NCBI RefSeq assembly: GCF_035594765.1
Contig: NC_085841.1
Location: forward strand, 316,829,402-316,893,401
Direction of reading: 5' to 3'
DNA: 64,000 nucleotides
From: Anolis carolinensis
Taxonomy: Eukaryota
In this document: in pieces, positions 38,560 to 51,739 of the stretch
Layout: each line of letters begins with the position of its first letter
Numbering within the stretch: the first letter of the stretch is position 1
The notes under the pieces: model-generated
Databases searched by the model: none
What the model saw: the letters and a program-made list of their open reading frames with translations, nothing else
What the model was told of the DNA's origin: nothing
Position numbers and translations under genes: made by a program

Positions 38560-39150
38560 TGGGTAAGCAGATGGAGGCTGGTATATGCCATATGTTCTGA
38601 ATCTCAAAAAATAGAGCTAATAGGGGAAAACCCGTGTCATTTTTCAAATCAGCAGATCAAATGCAGCCAGAAACAAGGCTAACATTTGAGGCACCCAAAG
38701 GTTTGTTGATCAGTGATCAGTAAATGTTTTATACTTATTTCATATACTTATTTATCTGGGGTCATGTAAAAATTTATTGAGCAGAAAGGGATTGCGAATG
38801 GAAAAAGTTTAAGAATCCCTGCTCAAGACCACTGGATCCTAACCTCAAATGGGGTCCCCTTAGCCCAATGTTGTGTGTTGCGAAAAATTTGGCAACAGTA
38901 AAAGGTTTCTGAACCTTTTTACACAAATCTGTTAGCAATAAGGTGCAGTGTTTACCGTAGACTGCAGAAGATGCCTTAGCTCTACTTAGTAAAAAGAAAA
39001 ATCAGCCTGTTTAGCAACCCTTGCAAATGCTGATTTATTATTAATGTTAGATTTTTATTGCTAATATTATATACCTACATACCTAGGGTCACATAAAAAT
39101 TTCTGGGGTGGAAAGGGGTTGCAACTGGAAAAAGCTTAAGAAGCTCTGCT
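38560..39150. mobile_element. Two adjacent decayed hAT-like elements
   Basis: Repeated right ends (ggaaaaagtttaagaatccctg and ggaaaaagcttaagaagctctg). Confidence 0.5.
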
Positions 39151-42100
39151 CTAGACAACTGATAGCTAAAGTTATATCTGAGACAAAATGTAGACGCATG
39201 ACTCTAACATCATGACTTTTCTTCTATATAATTTATAACATCTTGGCCTGAGGAAGAATTCAAGTGAAGTTTCAAAAGCTTGCATGATGTACTTCATGCT
39301 TTTTAGCTGAACCAGTAACAGTATTACTGTTTTGTCGATTTTGTATTTGTTATATTTTGCTGTATGTCTAACACAACTATCCCTGTATATGTTTCCACTA
39401 TAGCTCTGTGGTGAAAGAATCCTTCTGTTCTTGCTTTCACAAAAGCACACAGAATGGCACTGATGGATCTTTTTCCTTCATGTGGTTCTGTAAGTCTTCG
39501 CTAGCTTTAAAAAAAAAGAAGTTTTAGATTAGATTATATAAACAAGGAAAATCACTTAAAGGGTAAGGGTAGCCATCTTGAGTTCCAGTTTGGAGGGAGA
39601 GTGAAATATAACCTTCCTTCCTTCCACTTAATTTATATCCCACCCTTCTTCCAGCATGGGCCCTGAGATATCTAAATAAAGTTCATCATCATCACAACCA
39701 TTTTAGTTTTCATCTCCTATTACCTAATAAACTAGAACCATATCAGCCATACCCATTTAATCCATTGGAACTTCCACTGTTTGAGTTATTGATTAAATCA
39801 TGAAATCCTTCAAAAATACTTGAATTTCAGATGATCACTTTAAATTTGTTAATCCATTCACTTGGGCAGAAGTTTTTCAATCCATACTGCAAGGCTTCAT
39901 CTTCGTATGAACACTTATTTGGGAAGTATATCTCCATGAGTTTGATATAACTGGCAATTGGTCTTGGGCAGCATTGGACTGGTTGACCTTATAGAATTCA
40001 CTAGTTTTTGTGGTCAAAAATACAGAACAGTTATGTTCAAATCCCTTTTTCTCTGATAAAAGTAGTTCAGGTGCAAACTTCTAGGGAAGTTTAGAAAATT
40101 CATTTTTTCAGCTAAGCTCTAACTCAACACTATGGGGATTCATTCAAACAGCCTATTCTTATTTCAAAAATGTGGGTCAGTCAAGAAACATACTACAGCT
40201 GTTGTGATCTGGAATACTGACAGAGTGTTTCCAGTTATTCACTTTAAATAGGAAATTTAGACAAGTATAACACAGAACATGTGGTTGGAAAGGTGCTCTG
40301 TTTTTGGTGGAATTCTTCCATTGCTCAGTCGTCCATCTCTCAAATTCTTGCAAAAAGCCTATTTAGAAACCTCATACACTAGACTCAATTATGCCTTATA
40401 TCTGGCTGTTAAATTTAGTGGGCAAGTATACATTTACATAGCTAGTGTAGGAGTGCTGTAATTACAAGCTAGTAGAATCCATAGAGAGGCATTAACACTA
40501 GAACAGTTACATTACTAAAGAGCTTAAAAGGTTTTGCTAATATGAACCTTTCACTCATACTGGTTTTAAGTGCTTTTAAAATATGGAAAAGTGTAATATG
40601 TCCTGGAAACTGTTGCACTCTACTACGACATCTCAAATACAACCCTCGCCTTTGCTGCAAGACATGGAGGGAGAGGAACAACAATCAGGGAACGAGACCT
40701 GTGGAAGCAGCAGGAATAACAAGGACCAAGCCTGAAAACCCATATACACTTACCTGAACTCTGGGACTTATTTTTGAGCAGACACATATAACTGTGCTGA
40801 AAGAAAATGACTGAGTAGAGCTAGACACAGGATCATGTGACACTTTAGAAGTTGTTGGACTGAAATTTTCAGCTTTCCTCACCTCACAATCGAATACTCT
40901 GGCTAGGGATACTAGGTCATTCAGTTCATAGTGTCCAATACTGACTATAGCCTATATATTCATCCTTCTCATTAGGATTTGGTCAAGTAGGGATGTAATC
41001 TAATCATAATTTTGTACCTGAAGAAAGTTTTGCATTCACTGTATTTGAATGAGGGTCAGACACTGAAGGTTAATCCGGATAGGACAGAAAGGCATCTGTT
41101 TGTGAGCAAGGGTTCAAAATTATCTTGGATGAGTTGACTTATCTTTGAAGATTTAGGCTAATAGTTTGAGTGTACACCAGTTTCAACTGACCCTGAACCT
41201 CAATGCCTAGATTTCATAGTACCTTTATGCAGTTGAAGGTAGTATACCAACAGTGGCCATTCTGGACATCTCTGCTCTAGTATTGCATCAGTAACACATG
41301 CCTTAGATACAATGTTTGTACAAATGTGATACATTCAATTTGGATATAGCTTTGAAGACACTTTTGGCCAGGAATCATCAACTCGGTGCCATCTAGATAG
41401 TTTGGATTATCATCTTCACTGCCTCTGACCATTGATTGGTAGACATGGTAGTCCAAAACGTCTGGAGGAAACCAAGCTTTGTATTATTATTTTGTGTCTC
41501 TGAATAATTCCCATGTTGAAACAACTTCATTGTTTGTAGATATATTTCCAGGAAATAGCACAATTTTAAAAGCTGTTTATGACTACAAAGCCTCAAATAA
41601 TTTAGGATGAGACCTGACTAACTGCATTCTCCAGTCAAAATTTGTCTTGGTTTTAATATCTTCAAGAGGGGTCATTCTTTTTGTTTCACCAATATGGGGA
41701 AACATGGTAAATGGGAATTTCAGAGGATTTTCTCATTGCCTAATTTCAAACTCTGGAATTCTTTGTGAAGAGGGACCCAGATAGACCCCCTTTTGATAAC
41801 CAAAGGCACTTATTTAGATAGGATAACCGCACTTCTCTGGGGAAAGTGCAGACAGATTGCCATAACAGTGGTCTCTCTTCTTTGATAGGACTAACTCCTG
41901 TTACTAGTTCTCACTAGAATAGACCCACTGAAGCAATGTAATTTTGATATGTATTGGTTCACCATTCAACAACTGACTGAATGGGCCTAGTCTAGTTTGG
42001 ACTAATGAATCAGAAGCTACACAAGGAATGGAAGGTACTTTGGGGTGGATCTTTATACTTTATTTTAAATTATTTGGTAAATTTTGAACATCATCAAATG

Positions 42101-44020
42101 TACGTTTTCAACACAATTAAAGTACAGAATAGTTTCAATGAAGGATGATCAATATGTGGCCCTCCAGGTAATGATGGATTACAATGGTCATTGTTCTTCA
42201 TCATGACTATCCTAGCTAGGGCTGTTTGGTTTTGCAGTCTAGGGGCATCCGGTGGGCCAAAAGCTGCCCATCCCTTGTTTAACTAAATCAGAAATAATGT
42301 GTTCTACATATTGTTTATATATCTTACTGAATTGTCAGATGTCATCAGGCCTTAGTGAGTCTGAAACCTTGTGTATGTTGTCATATTTCAGTATTCAGTA
42401 TAAAGGAGGCATGCATTTAGGCACTGACATCTTCCAGACCCATTTTACCTTTTCCATGTTTTTTGATCAGGAGCAGGGTGGACTTCAGTACTGGGGGACC
42501 AAGATATCAAACTGATGTGTAAATGTGTGCTTTTCAACCCCCTATTCATTTAGGGGTTTTAAAGTGTGAATTCTAAATATTGTCACATTATGTACGGGGT
42601 GTGGGTTCCATTAATTAAAGGTAGTTTCTCTTAGAACTTTATTGCATGAGGCTGATGAACCAGTACTGCAGCAATCAAAAGTGGATTATGAGAATATTTA
42701 AAATGAATTTGGTCTTGTTTTCTAGAGAGTGGGGGCATGAAGCATGAGGCCTTGAGAGCTTTCATTGAAGGCATGATATCAGGTTTTAAACCAAATAATA
42801 GATATAATGCAGAAAAAGAGTATTAATATTAGCCACATGGAAGTGCTAATTACTGGTAGTGTGATTAGAAAAGGAGTCTTCTGCTTTTTGACAGTGGATA
42901 ATATTTCAGCATCTTGATTCATATTTTTCTTCTAAGAAACACCATATTGCTTTGACTTGCCCTGAGCTACTAAAGGAATGATAAAGAAATTGGTTCACCT
43001 AAATCCTTTATACTTAATACCTATTTTCCAAGTCCATTAAGTATAAATGATCTATTTTGAAAAGCAGAATTCCAGGAAAGCTCTTAATTTTCCCATGATG
43101 ACTGATGTATTTGGAGCATTTTTTTCAGTGCATGCTTATATGCTAGCCTATCCATCTGACATGAACTTAGTAATTAATTTTTCAAATGGCTTCTTCAGAA
43201 ATATCTTCAGGACCTCATGAAGGTCTCTAAACTATCAGTATTAGAGAACTGAAGTAGGATGTTTGGGGGAAATCAAATACATCCAACTGTTTACATTTAT
43301 GCAGATAATACCTTCCCTCTTGTAATTCTCCCTATATGACACATGATATTAAAATGAAATGCTATCATTAAAATTAAACATCTTTTAGAAACATAACAAG
43401 AAAGGAGTGAAGTACTCTGCTCCCATCACAAGTCCTTTAGCAATTATTAGTAGCTAAAAGCTATCAAAATTAAAAGATCATTATGAATGGGAATAAAGAA
43501 AGTACCAAACTTTCTTGCAACCAAAGGGTGTTTTGTAGCCTGGGAACAGCCACCAGCAAGACCTTCTCCCACGTCTTCATCAAAAGTGCCTGTGAAGGTA
43601 GTGAGAACAAGGGAAAGCCCTCCCCTAACTATCTCAAAGTTTAGCCAGCCTCGTAGAAGGCGACATAATATTTCAGACAGACTGGTCACAGAGTGTATCT
43701 ACGATTTTGCAGTAGTATGTTTTGCAATACAGCAGACTTGGAGAACTGCTGTGTATTGTTGCACATATCCACAAGAACAAAACTAAATGGGGAAATACTA
43801 GATGGGGTTGAGAAAGATTGTGATTATCCTTAAGGGCAGGAGTGGACAAAGTCTAGCTTTAAGGCTCGATGCAGCACCAAGGCTATTTTTGCACCCATCC
43901 TGGACACTCCCAATGCTCTCCTGTTTTAGTAACAAGGAGATGTTCATTTGCCCCTTCTGAATGTTAGTAGGAATATGTGTTTTACCACTACTGCAATAAC
44001 AGTGATGTACTTGTTCAGCA

Positions 44021-44341
44021 GGAGCCCCGGTGGCGAAGTGCGTTAAAGCACTGAGCTGGAGAACGAAAGATCCCAGGTTTAAACCCTGGGAGCGGCGGGA
44101 GCGGCCGCTATTAGCTCCAGCTCCTGCCAACCTAGCAGTTCGAAAACATGCCAATGTGAGTAGATCAATAGGTACCGCTCCGGCGGGAAGGTAACAACGC
44201 TCTGTGCAGTCATGCTGGCCACATGACCTTGGAGGTGTCTATAGACAATGCCGGCTCTTCGGCTTAGAAATTGAGATGAGCACCAACCCCCAGAGTCAGA
44301 CATGACTGGACTTAATGTCAGGGGAAACCTTTACCTTTACC
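44021..44341 (+). mobile_element. Sauria-type tRNA-derived SINE, full length
   Basis: tRNA-like head, (ACCTTT)n tail, and a 13-bp TSD, TACTTGTTCAGCA. Confidence 0.92.
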
Positions 44342-45109
44342 TACTTGTTCAGCAGGGAGTAGAATCGTGGTCTAGAATAATAGCTGTATATTTCATGGTC
44401 AGTACAGTAGAACTGTGACCTAGTGTTGTAAAATATTATAAATTCTTGCTCCCTGATCCCAGAAAATATTATAAATTCTGCTCCCTGATCCCAGAAGGGC
44501 AGTTGGTTCTCGCAGAAGCAGAGGCAGCAGGAGGACATTTTTGCTCCCTGGCTTCAGGTAGGATTTGGCTAAGATTTTAAACTGAGTGTGGGCTTGGCTC
44601 CTGTGGTCAAAGTCTAACTGTTGTGTGACTGTTGTGTTGAAAGAGAGCCAGGTACTTAAGTTGATTGACAGCAGGCATTGTCCCCTGTTAATTGAGTTTC
44701 TGGGAAAGCTTTATTTGCCAGTGTGAGTTTCTGCCAGAGCCTGATCCCAGAAGGGCAGTTGGTTCTCGCAGAAGCAGAGGCAGCAGGAGGACATTTTTGC
44801 TCCCTGGCTTCAGGTAGGATTTGGCTAAGATTTGGCTAAGATTTTAAACTGAGTGTGGGCTTGGCTCCTGTGGTCAAAGTCTAACTGTTGTGTGACTGTT
44901 GTGTTGAAAGAGAGCCAGGTACTTAAGTTGATTGACAGCAGGCATTGTCCCCTAAGGCACCTTTACTAACTATCCTTTGCAGTACATACAGGAAACAAAG
45001 CAACATAAACAAATACACAAAGAGGTGGTTTGTTGCAGTTTGCACATAAAGTGCGTGCATATTACTTAACTGTACAAAGATCCCACTTGGCCACCACGCT
45101 CACCAAGAG

Positions 45110-46381
45110 ATGCAACAAAAGCAAAACATTCCCATCACATGCACCAGCTGTGGCATGTTCCACTTTTTCACACAAAAACTAGACAACTACATCTGCTCCA
45201 AATGCAAACAGATGACTTTGATGGAGCAGAGGATCCAACAGCTCGAGCACCGTATTAAGACCCTTAAGGACATTCAGGCACTCGAGCTCTTCTTGGACAC
45301 TGCACAACACACTGTTGTAGATCAGCAGCCTGCATCACACCAACACCACCAAGACCATGATCAGGAACCTTATGGGGAGATCAACTCAAAGGTAGACAAC
45401 CCTCAGGCTTGGAAGGAGGTCACCCATAGAAGGAGACGCAGGACCAGGCAGCCTCCGCAGAACTCCTCTGCTCAGCTGCATTTACACAACAGATTTGAAA
45501 TTCTTACATCATTAACATACAATCAGGAAACACATCTTGTGGAGGACCACAGTTTCTTAGATACCACTCAGTGGACCACCCTGGATCAATGCGCAGGGGA
45601 TAGCCCTGATGGGGACAGTGCATCACCACAGTCACACTTATGTAATCATGCAAATGCTCCATCCCCAATCATAGACCAGGAGCAACAGGAACATCCTTGG
45701 GAGAGTAATGGGCTCTCGGATGTATCTCAATGGATTGTCATTGATGAATGCACTGGGGATGTTGAGGAGGAGGACAACACTTTACACCTACATGATTCAC
45801 TTCAACAGGAACACTCTTCAGGGGACATGCACACTGTCTTGCACAAAAGGGACCCTGTCAATACTCAAAGGAAACAGGTCTTGGTAGTAGGTGACTCCCT
45901 CCTTAGAGGAACGGAAGCCATCATTTCCAGACCGGATGGGATGGCTCGAGAAACATGCTGCCTCCCGGGGGCAAAAATACACCATATCACTCAGAGGCTC
46001 AGCAGGCTCCTAAAGCCCCATCACCCTCCCCACCTTATGTTGATTCATGTAGGTACCAATGACACCGCTAGGCATACTTTTCAAAAGATCACAAATGATT
46101 TTCGAGCTCTGGGAACAAAGCTAAAACTGTGTAATGTACATGTGATCTTTTCATCCCTCCTCCCCGTTGTAGGACACGGCTCTACAAGGGCCGGAAAAAT
46201 AGTACAGGTCAATAACTGGCTCAGAAAATGGTGTCAAGAGGAGCATTTTGGCTTCCTTGACCATGGTCTACTCTTCCAAGAGGATGGACTACTGGCAAGC
46301 GATGGGGTGCATCTCACACAAGTAGGAAAACATCTTTTTGCACACAGACTCACAAACCTCATCAGGCGCACTTTAAACTAG
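45110..46381 (+). CDS. CR1 ORF1p (Zn finger, coiled coil, SGNH/GDSL esterase-like domain)
   Basis: 423 aa with CTSC...CSKC, heptad leucines, and SGNH blocks [15 protein letters not shown] and DGVHL. Confidence 0.92.
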   Translation: MQQKQNIPITCTSCGMFHFFTQKLDNYICSKCKQMTLMEQRIQQLEHRIKTLKDIQALELFLDTAQHTVVDQQPASHQHHQDHDQEPYGEINSKVDNPQAWKEVTHRRRRRTRQPPQNSSAQLHLHNRFEILTSLTYNQETHLVEDHSFLDTTQWTTLDQCAGDSPDGDSASPQSHLCNHANAPSPIIDQEQQEHPWESNGLSDVSQWIVIDECTGDVEEEDNTLHLHDSLQQEHSSGDMHTVLHKRDPVNTQRKQVLVVGDSLLRGTEAIISRPDGMARETCCLPGAKIHHITQRLSRLLKPHHPPHLMLIHVGTNDTARHTFQKITNDFRALGTKLKLCNVHVIFSSLLPVVGHGSTRAGKIVQVNNWLRKWCQEEHFGFLDHGLLFQEDGLLASDGVHLTQVGKHLFAHRLTNLIRRTLN

Positions 46382-49289
46382 ATCCACTGGGGGAGGGGAA
46401 CAACAGCCTGGCGAACACTATATTACCCACGACCACAGGGAACCGCCAAAAGGCTAAACGGAGGGCTGCACAAACACAGCAAGGACCAAGTACAGAGAGC
46501 ACAATAATCCCAAATAAACAGTTCGAGGGGAGGTCACAGGGGCTTACATGTCTTTACACTAATGCTCAGAGCATGGGAAATAAGCAAGACGAACTCCAAC
46601 TCCTAGCACAGCACCACAAATACGATGTCATAGGCATCACTGAAACCTGGTGGGATGACTCCCATCACTGGAATTTAACCATTGAGGGCTATAAACTCTT
46701 TCACAGAAATAGAACAAAGGGGAGAGGAGGGGGAGTAGCTTTATATGTCAAAAACAGTTACGTTGCAGAAGAAATGCAAGACTGTAATCCGGGAAACCAG
46801 CTTGAAAGCATCTGGATAAGAATAAAGGGAACCGGGACTCAAAAGGATCTTGTCGTGGGTGTCTACTACAGACCTCCGAGTCAGGATGAAGGACTTGATG
46901 AAGCCTTCTGTCAACAGCTGACCAAACAGGCACAAAGAAGAGATATAGTAGTCATGGGCGATTTCAATTATCCCGATATCTGCTGGAAAACAAACTCAGC
47001 CAAGAGTACAAAGTCCAACAAATTCCTCACTTGCCTTGCAGATAATTTTATGGTCCAGAAGGTAGAAGAGACAACAAGGGGATCAGCAACTCTTGATCTA
47101 ATCTTAACAAATGTGGAAGACCTGATCAATACAGTTGAAGTGGTTGGATCCTTAGGGGCAAGTGACCATGTGCTCCTGCAGTTTGCAATACAAAGGAATG
47201 CTGAAACTAAGACAAGTCAAACACGCATTCTGGACTTTAAGAGAGCTGACTTCCAAAAAATGAAGGAATTACTGAGCGGCATTCCATGGACGCCGATATT
47301 AAAAAACAAGGGAGTTAAGGATGGATGGGAGTTTTTCAAAAGTGAAATACTCAAGGCGCAAATGCAAACAGTGCCAACAAAGAAGAAAAATAAGACAAGT
47401 GCAAAGAAGCCAGAATGGATGTCCAAAGAACTTCTAACTGAGCTAAAGCTCAAAAGTGACATGCACAAGAAGTGGAAAAGGGAAGAAATCACCAAAGAAG
47501 AATTCAAATGTATAGCCAACACCTGTAGGGAAAAGGTTCGCAAGGCTAAAGCGCAAAATGAGCTCAGGCTTGCCAGGGACGTAAAAAACAACAAAAAAGG
47601 CTTTTTTGCTTACGTTGGTAGAAAAAGGAAGAAAAAGGAGGCGATAGGGCCATTGCAAGGAGAAGATGGGGTGATGGCGACAGGGGACAGGGAAAAAGCA
47701 GAACTACTTAATGCCTTCTTTGCCTCGGTCTTCTCAGAAAAAGAAAGCCATCTTCAACCTCAGCAACATGGAATGGACGAAGGATTGGGGGAAATTCAAC
47801 CCCAAATAGGGAAACAAGTTGTCCAGGAACACCTGGCCACTCTAAACGAATTCAAGTCCCCAGGGCCAGATCAGCTACATCCAAGAGTACTGAAGGAACT
47901 AGCGGAAGTTATTTCAGAACCACTGGCAATTATCTTCGAGAGTTCTTGGAGAACGGGAGAAGTCCCAGCAGATTGGAGGAGGGCGAATGTGGACCCTATC
48001 TTCAAGAAGGGAAAAAAGAACGACCCAAACAATTACCGTCCGGTCAGCCTCACATCAATACCAGGCAAAATTCTGGAAAAGATCATTAAGGAAGTGGTCT
48101 GCGAACACTTAGAAACAAATGCGGTCATGGCTAATAGTCAACACGGATTTACCAAAAACAAGTCATGCCAGACTAATCTGATCTCTTTTTTCGATAGAGT
48201 TACGAGTTGGGTCGATACAGGGAATGCTGTGGATGTAGCGTACCTGGATTTCAGTAAGGCCTTCGACAAAGTCCCCCACGACCTTCTGGCAAACAAACTA
48301 GTAAAATGTGGGCTAGACAAAACTACGGTTAGGTGGATCTGTAATTGGCTAAGCGAACGAACCCAAAGGGTGCTCACCAATGTGTCGTCTTCATCATGGA
48401 AAGAAGTGACAAGTGGAGAGCCGCAGGGTTCCGTCCTGGGCCCGGTTCTGTTCAACATCTTTATTAACGACTTAGACGAAGTTAGTTTGCAGACGACACA
48501 AAACTGGGAGGGATAGCTAACACTCCAGAAGACAGGAGCAGAATTCAAAATGATCTTGACAGACTAGAGAGATGGGCCAAAATTAACAAAATGAAGTTCA
48601 ACAGGGACAAATGCAAGATACTTCACTTCGGCAGAAAAAATGGAAATCAAAGATACAGAATGGGGGACGCCTGGCTTGACAGCAGTGTGTGCGAAAAAGA
48701 CCTTGGAGTCCTTGTGGACAACAAGTTAAACATGAGCCAACAATGTGATGCGGCTGCTAAAAAAGCCAATGGGATTCTGGCCTGCATCAATAGGGGAATA
48801 GCGTCTAGATCCAGGGAAGTTATGCTCCCCCTCTATTCTGCCTTGGTCAGACCACACCTGGAATACTGTGTCCAATTTTGGGCACCACAGTTGAAGGGAG
48901 ATGTTGACAAGCTGGAAAGCGTCCAGAGGAGGGCGACTAAAATGATTAAGGGTCTGGAGAACAAGCCCTATGAGGAGCGGCTTAAAGAGCTGGGCATGTT
49001 TAGCCTGCAGAAGAGAAGGCTGAGAGGAGACATGATAGCCATGTACAAATACATGAAGGGAAGTCATAGGAAGGAGGGAGCAAGCTTGTTTTCTGCTGCC
49101 CTGCAGACTAGGACACGGAACAATGGCTTCAAACTACAGGAAAGGAGATTCCACCTGAACATCAGGAAGAACTTCCTCACTGTGAGAGCTGTTCGACAGT
49201 GGAACTCTCTCCCCGGGGCCGTGGTGGAGGCTCCTTCTTTGGAGGCTTTTAAGCAGAGGCTGGATGGCCATCTGTCAGGGGTGCTTTGA
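46381..49289 (+). pseudogene. CR1 ORF2 (APE endonuclease + reverse transcriptase), frameshifted near 48480
   Basis: APE motifs LYTNAQS, GITETW, GDFN and SDH; RT motifs [17 protein letters not shown] and [12 protein letters not shown] (48486-48497) is in a different frame from the upstream RT and continues into ORF 48591-49289, consistent with a small deletion. Confidence 0.93.
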
Positions 49290-51088
49290 ATGTGATTTCC
49301 TGCTTCTTAGCAGGGGGTTGGACTAGATGGCCCATGTGGTCTTTTCCAACTCTACTATTCTATGATTCTATGATTCTATGATTCTATGCTGTTGTCCACT
49401 AAGCTTGTGGCTTTTGTGGAATATTGACGGTGTCAGCTTATGCAGAGATACAGCCAGTGATTATACTTCTTAAAGAAATAGACAATTTATTTTCCAAGTG
49501 CTATATCATATGACTCTAGCTGGTAAGAAACTCTATCCTCAATTAGCAACTGCTGCCCATTACCAATTACATACACATCTGCACAGATCTCAGCACTTAT
49601 GTTCATAAAACACTGTGGTTTCTTGCTCTTAAAAATATAGGTCAGTTTGACCTTTGGCATGCTCTAATACTTAGGGAACACAGGAATCTTCATTTCTGTA
49701 TATTTCCTCTAGCTACTAAAACTGACATTTATTTTAAATTGGTCATTATTAAACATACTGGCCCATTAGGATAAGAAGAAAGGGTTCAGATATATATTTC
49801 TTAAACTCCAAGCTTAAAAAGTTAACTTTGAAGAATAAACATAAATGCTGAAGCCGTGGTGGTAATATGGTGCTCAAGCGCCAACATGTTGTAGTGGTTT
49901 GAGCAGTGGACTACAATTCTGGAGACCAGGGTTCAATCTTCCCACTTGGTATGTAAACCAACTGGATGGCTTTAGATGAGTCGCACACACTCAGGTCATA
50001 AAATCCTGTTCTGTAAAGAAAAGTTTCACTTTCCTGAATCTGGGTGCAGTTCTACACAGAGGGCATAGAATGGCTCGAAGGCAGGGTGCCTACAAATTAT
50101 ACACTCTCAATGTGCACTCCAATGCATGTTAAAAGTGATACAATACTTTTTAAAAGTCCCAGAAAATTCCAAGTTCTTTTTTAAAAAGTGCTGCAGCTGA
50201 TTCCAATGCATCCCATATCCAGGGCGATATCAGCTGTGCAAAATGTGGAGATCATTTTAGACAACCGCCCCTGTTGAAGCACAGTAAAAGATCCTAAATG
50301 GGGGCTGGGTTGCCAAAAATGCCCCAAGGGCAGAAAGGGTAATTGATTTTGTCTGTTTCTGCCTATCACTTCCCCTTTTTTCATCCTGTATGCCTCTGGT
50401 GCACAGATGCTCATCTCTGCAGGAAATGGAAAGAATCCTGCAAAACAGTTTGAGACCATGTTCTGTGTTCAATGCAATCACCTTCCTGGCCTCAGACTTG
50501 TTCTAGACATGTCAATATAATCACCCCACATCAAAACAGGTTCTTTTTATTCCACTTTGAAACTGGATTATAGTGCTTTAATGGACTGCCCTGGGTCATC
50601 AAATTTAACAGTGAACCAGACAGTTACCAACTAGTTGTTTACTTAGCTTTGAAGCAGAGCTTGGAATGTTAAGTCATAGTAACATAGAATTGGAAGGTGC
50701 CCGATCATGTCCAACCCTCTGTTCAGTGTAGGATATCCAGCTAAAGCATTCTCAACAGGTAGATAGATGTTCAACTTCTTTGTGAAAATGCCCACTGAAT
50801 TCTGTTGAATCTAACATTAAATTAGTTATTGTTGACCTTTAGGTATTGGAGAGATTTATTTGCTGCCTAGATAGTGATAATTGAAATCCTTACATTAATT
50901 TAGTTGTATTGACTAAAAGACTACTTAAATGATTAGTGTTTTGGTGTGGGGAATACCTGGAGCTTAAAGAGAATGGTGTAGAGGTAAGACACTTTCACAC
51001 TACATAATTATAGCAGTCTGATATCATTTATCAGGCATATCTACATCCGATGCAATATTGGAACATATAGTTTGATGAGGCACTAGAG

Positions 51089-51223
51089 CAGTGGTTCTCA
51101 AATTGGAGTCTCCAGATGTTTTTGGCCTACAACTTCCAGAAATCCCAGTCAGTTTACTAGCTGTTAGGATTTCTGGACGTTGAAGGCCAAAAACATCTGG
51201 GGACCCCAGGTTGAGAACCACTG
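51089..51223. mobile_element. hAT MITE (same family as 13255-13389)
   Basis: TIR CAGTGGTTCTCAA with an 8-bp TSD, CACTAGAG. Confidence 0.92.
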
Positions 51224-51739
51224 CACTAGAGCCTTCTGGTAGAAAATGCTAAATATCACACAGAACTTGAAATCCCAGGATTCTGCAGGATGAATCCATG
51301 GTAGCTAAAATGATATCACATAGCCATTTCCTCATTAATCTGCAATTTGCATGAATCAAGGCTGATTTTATATTTCTAGTTGATAACTATGAATTGATCT
51401 GAAGACATATTGTTTGAAATGCAAAGATAACAGGATCAGTCTTTACATCTCCATCACAAAACATATCTTTCAAGATTCTACTCTCACATGAAATCAGGAA
51501 GCCCTTGATGTTTAAGGTTTCACCACTTGATGCCATCTTAACCTTTTTTCATTTGCTATGTTTAATGTATTTGTAATGCTTTCATCATTTGGATCTTTCA
51601 GAATTCAGAGTACTAGCCAGAATGTAATTCAGTTTTAGCAGACGAACAGTCTGGTTTCAGATAGGGAAGGTTAGTTATAGATCACTGGTTTATCCTGTCT
51701 TATCTGGAATCAAAATGTTCAACAACTGGACACCAGCTC

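Larger units (their letters stand above)
44484..49388 (+). mobile_element. Near full-length CR1-clade LINE
   Basis: Tandem 5'UTR units, ORF1 (Zn finger, coiled coil, SGNH esterase), ORF2 (APE endonuclease and RT), a short 3'UTR, and an (ATTCTATG)n tail at about 49357-49388, typical of CR1. Confidence 0.97.

Noticed and set aside
46741-49067. Antisense ORFs within CR1 ORF2
   Set aside because: These are shadow frames of the RT coding sequence with no independent evidence.
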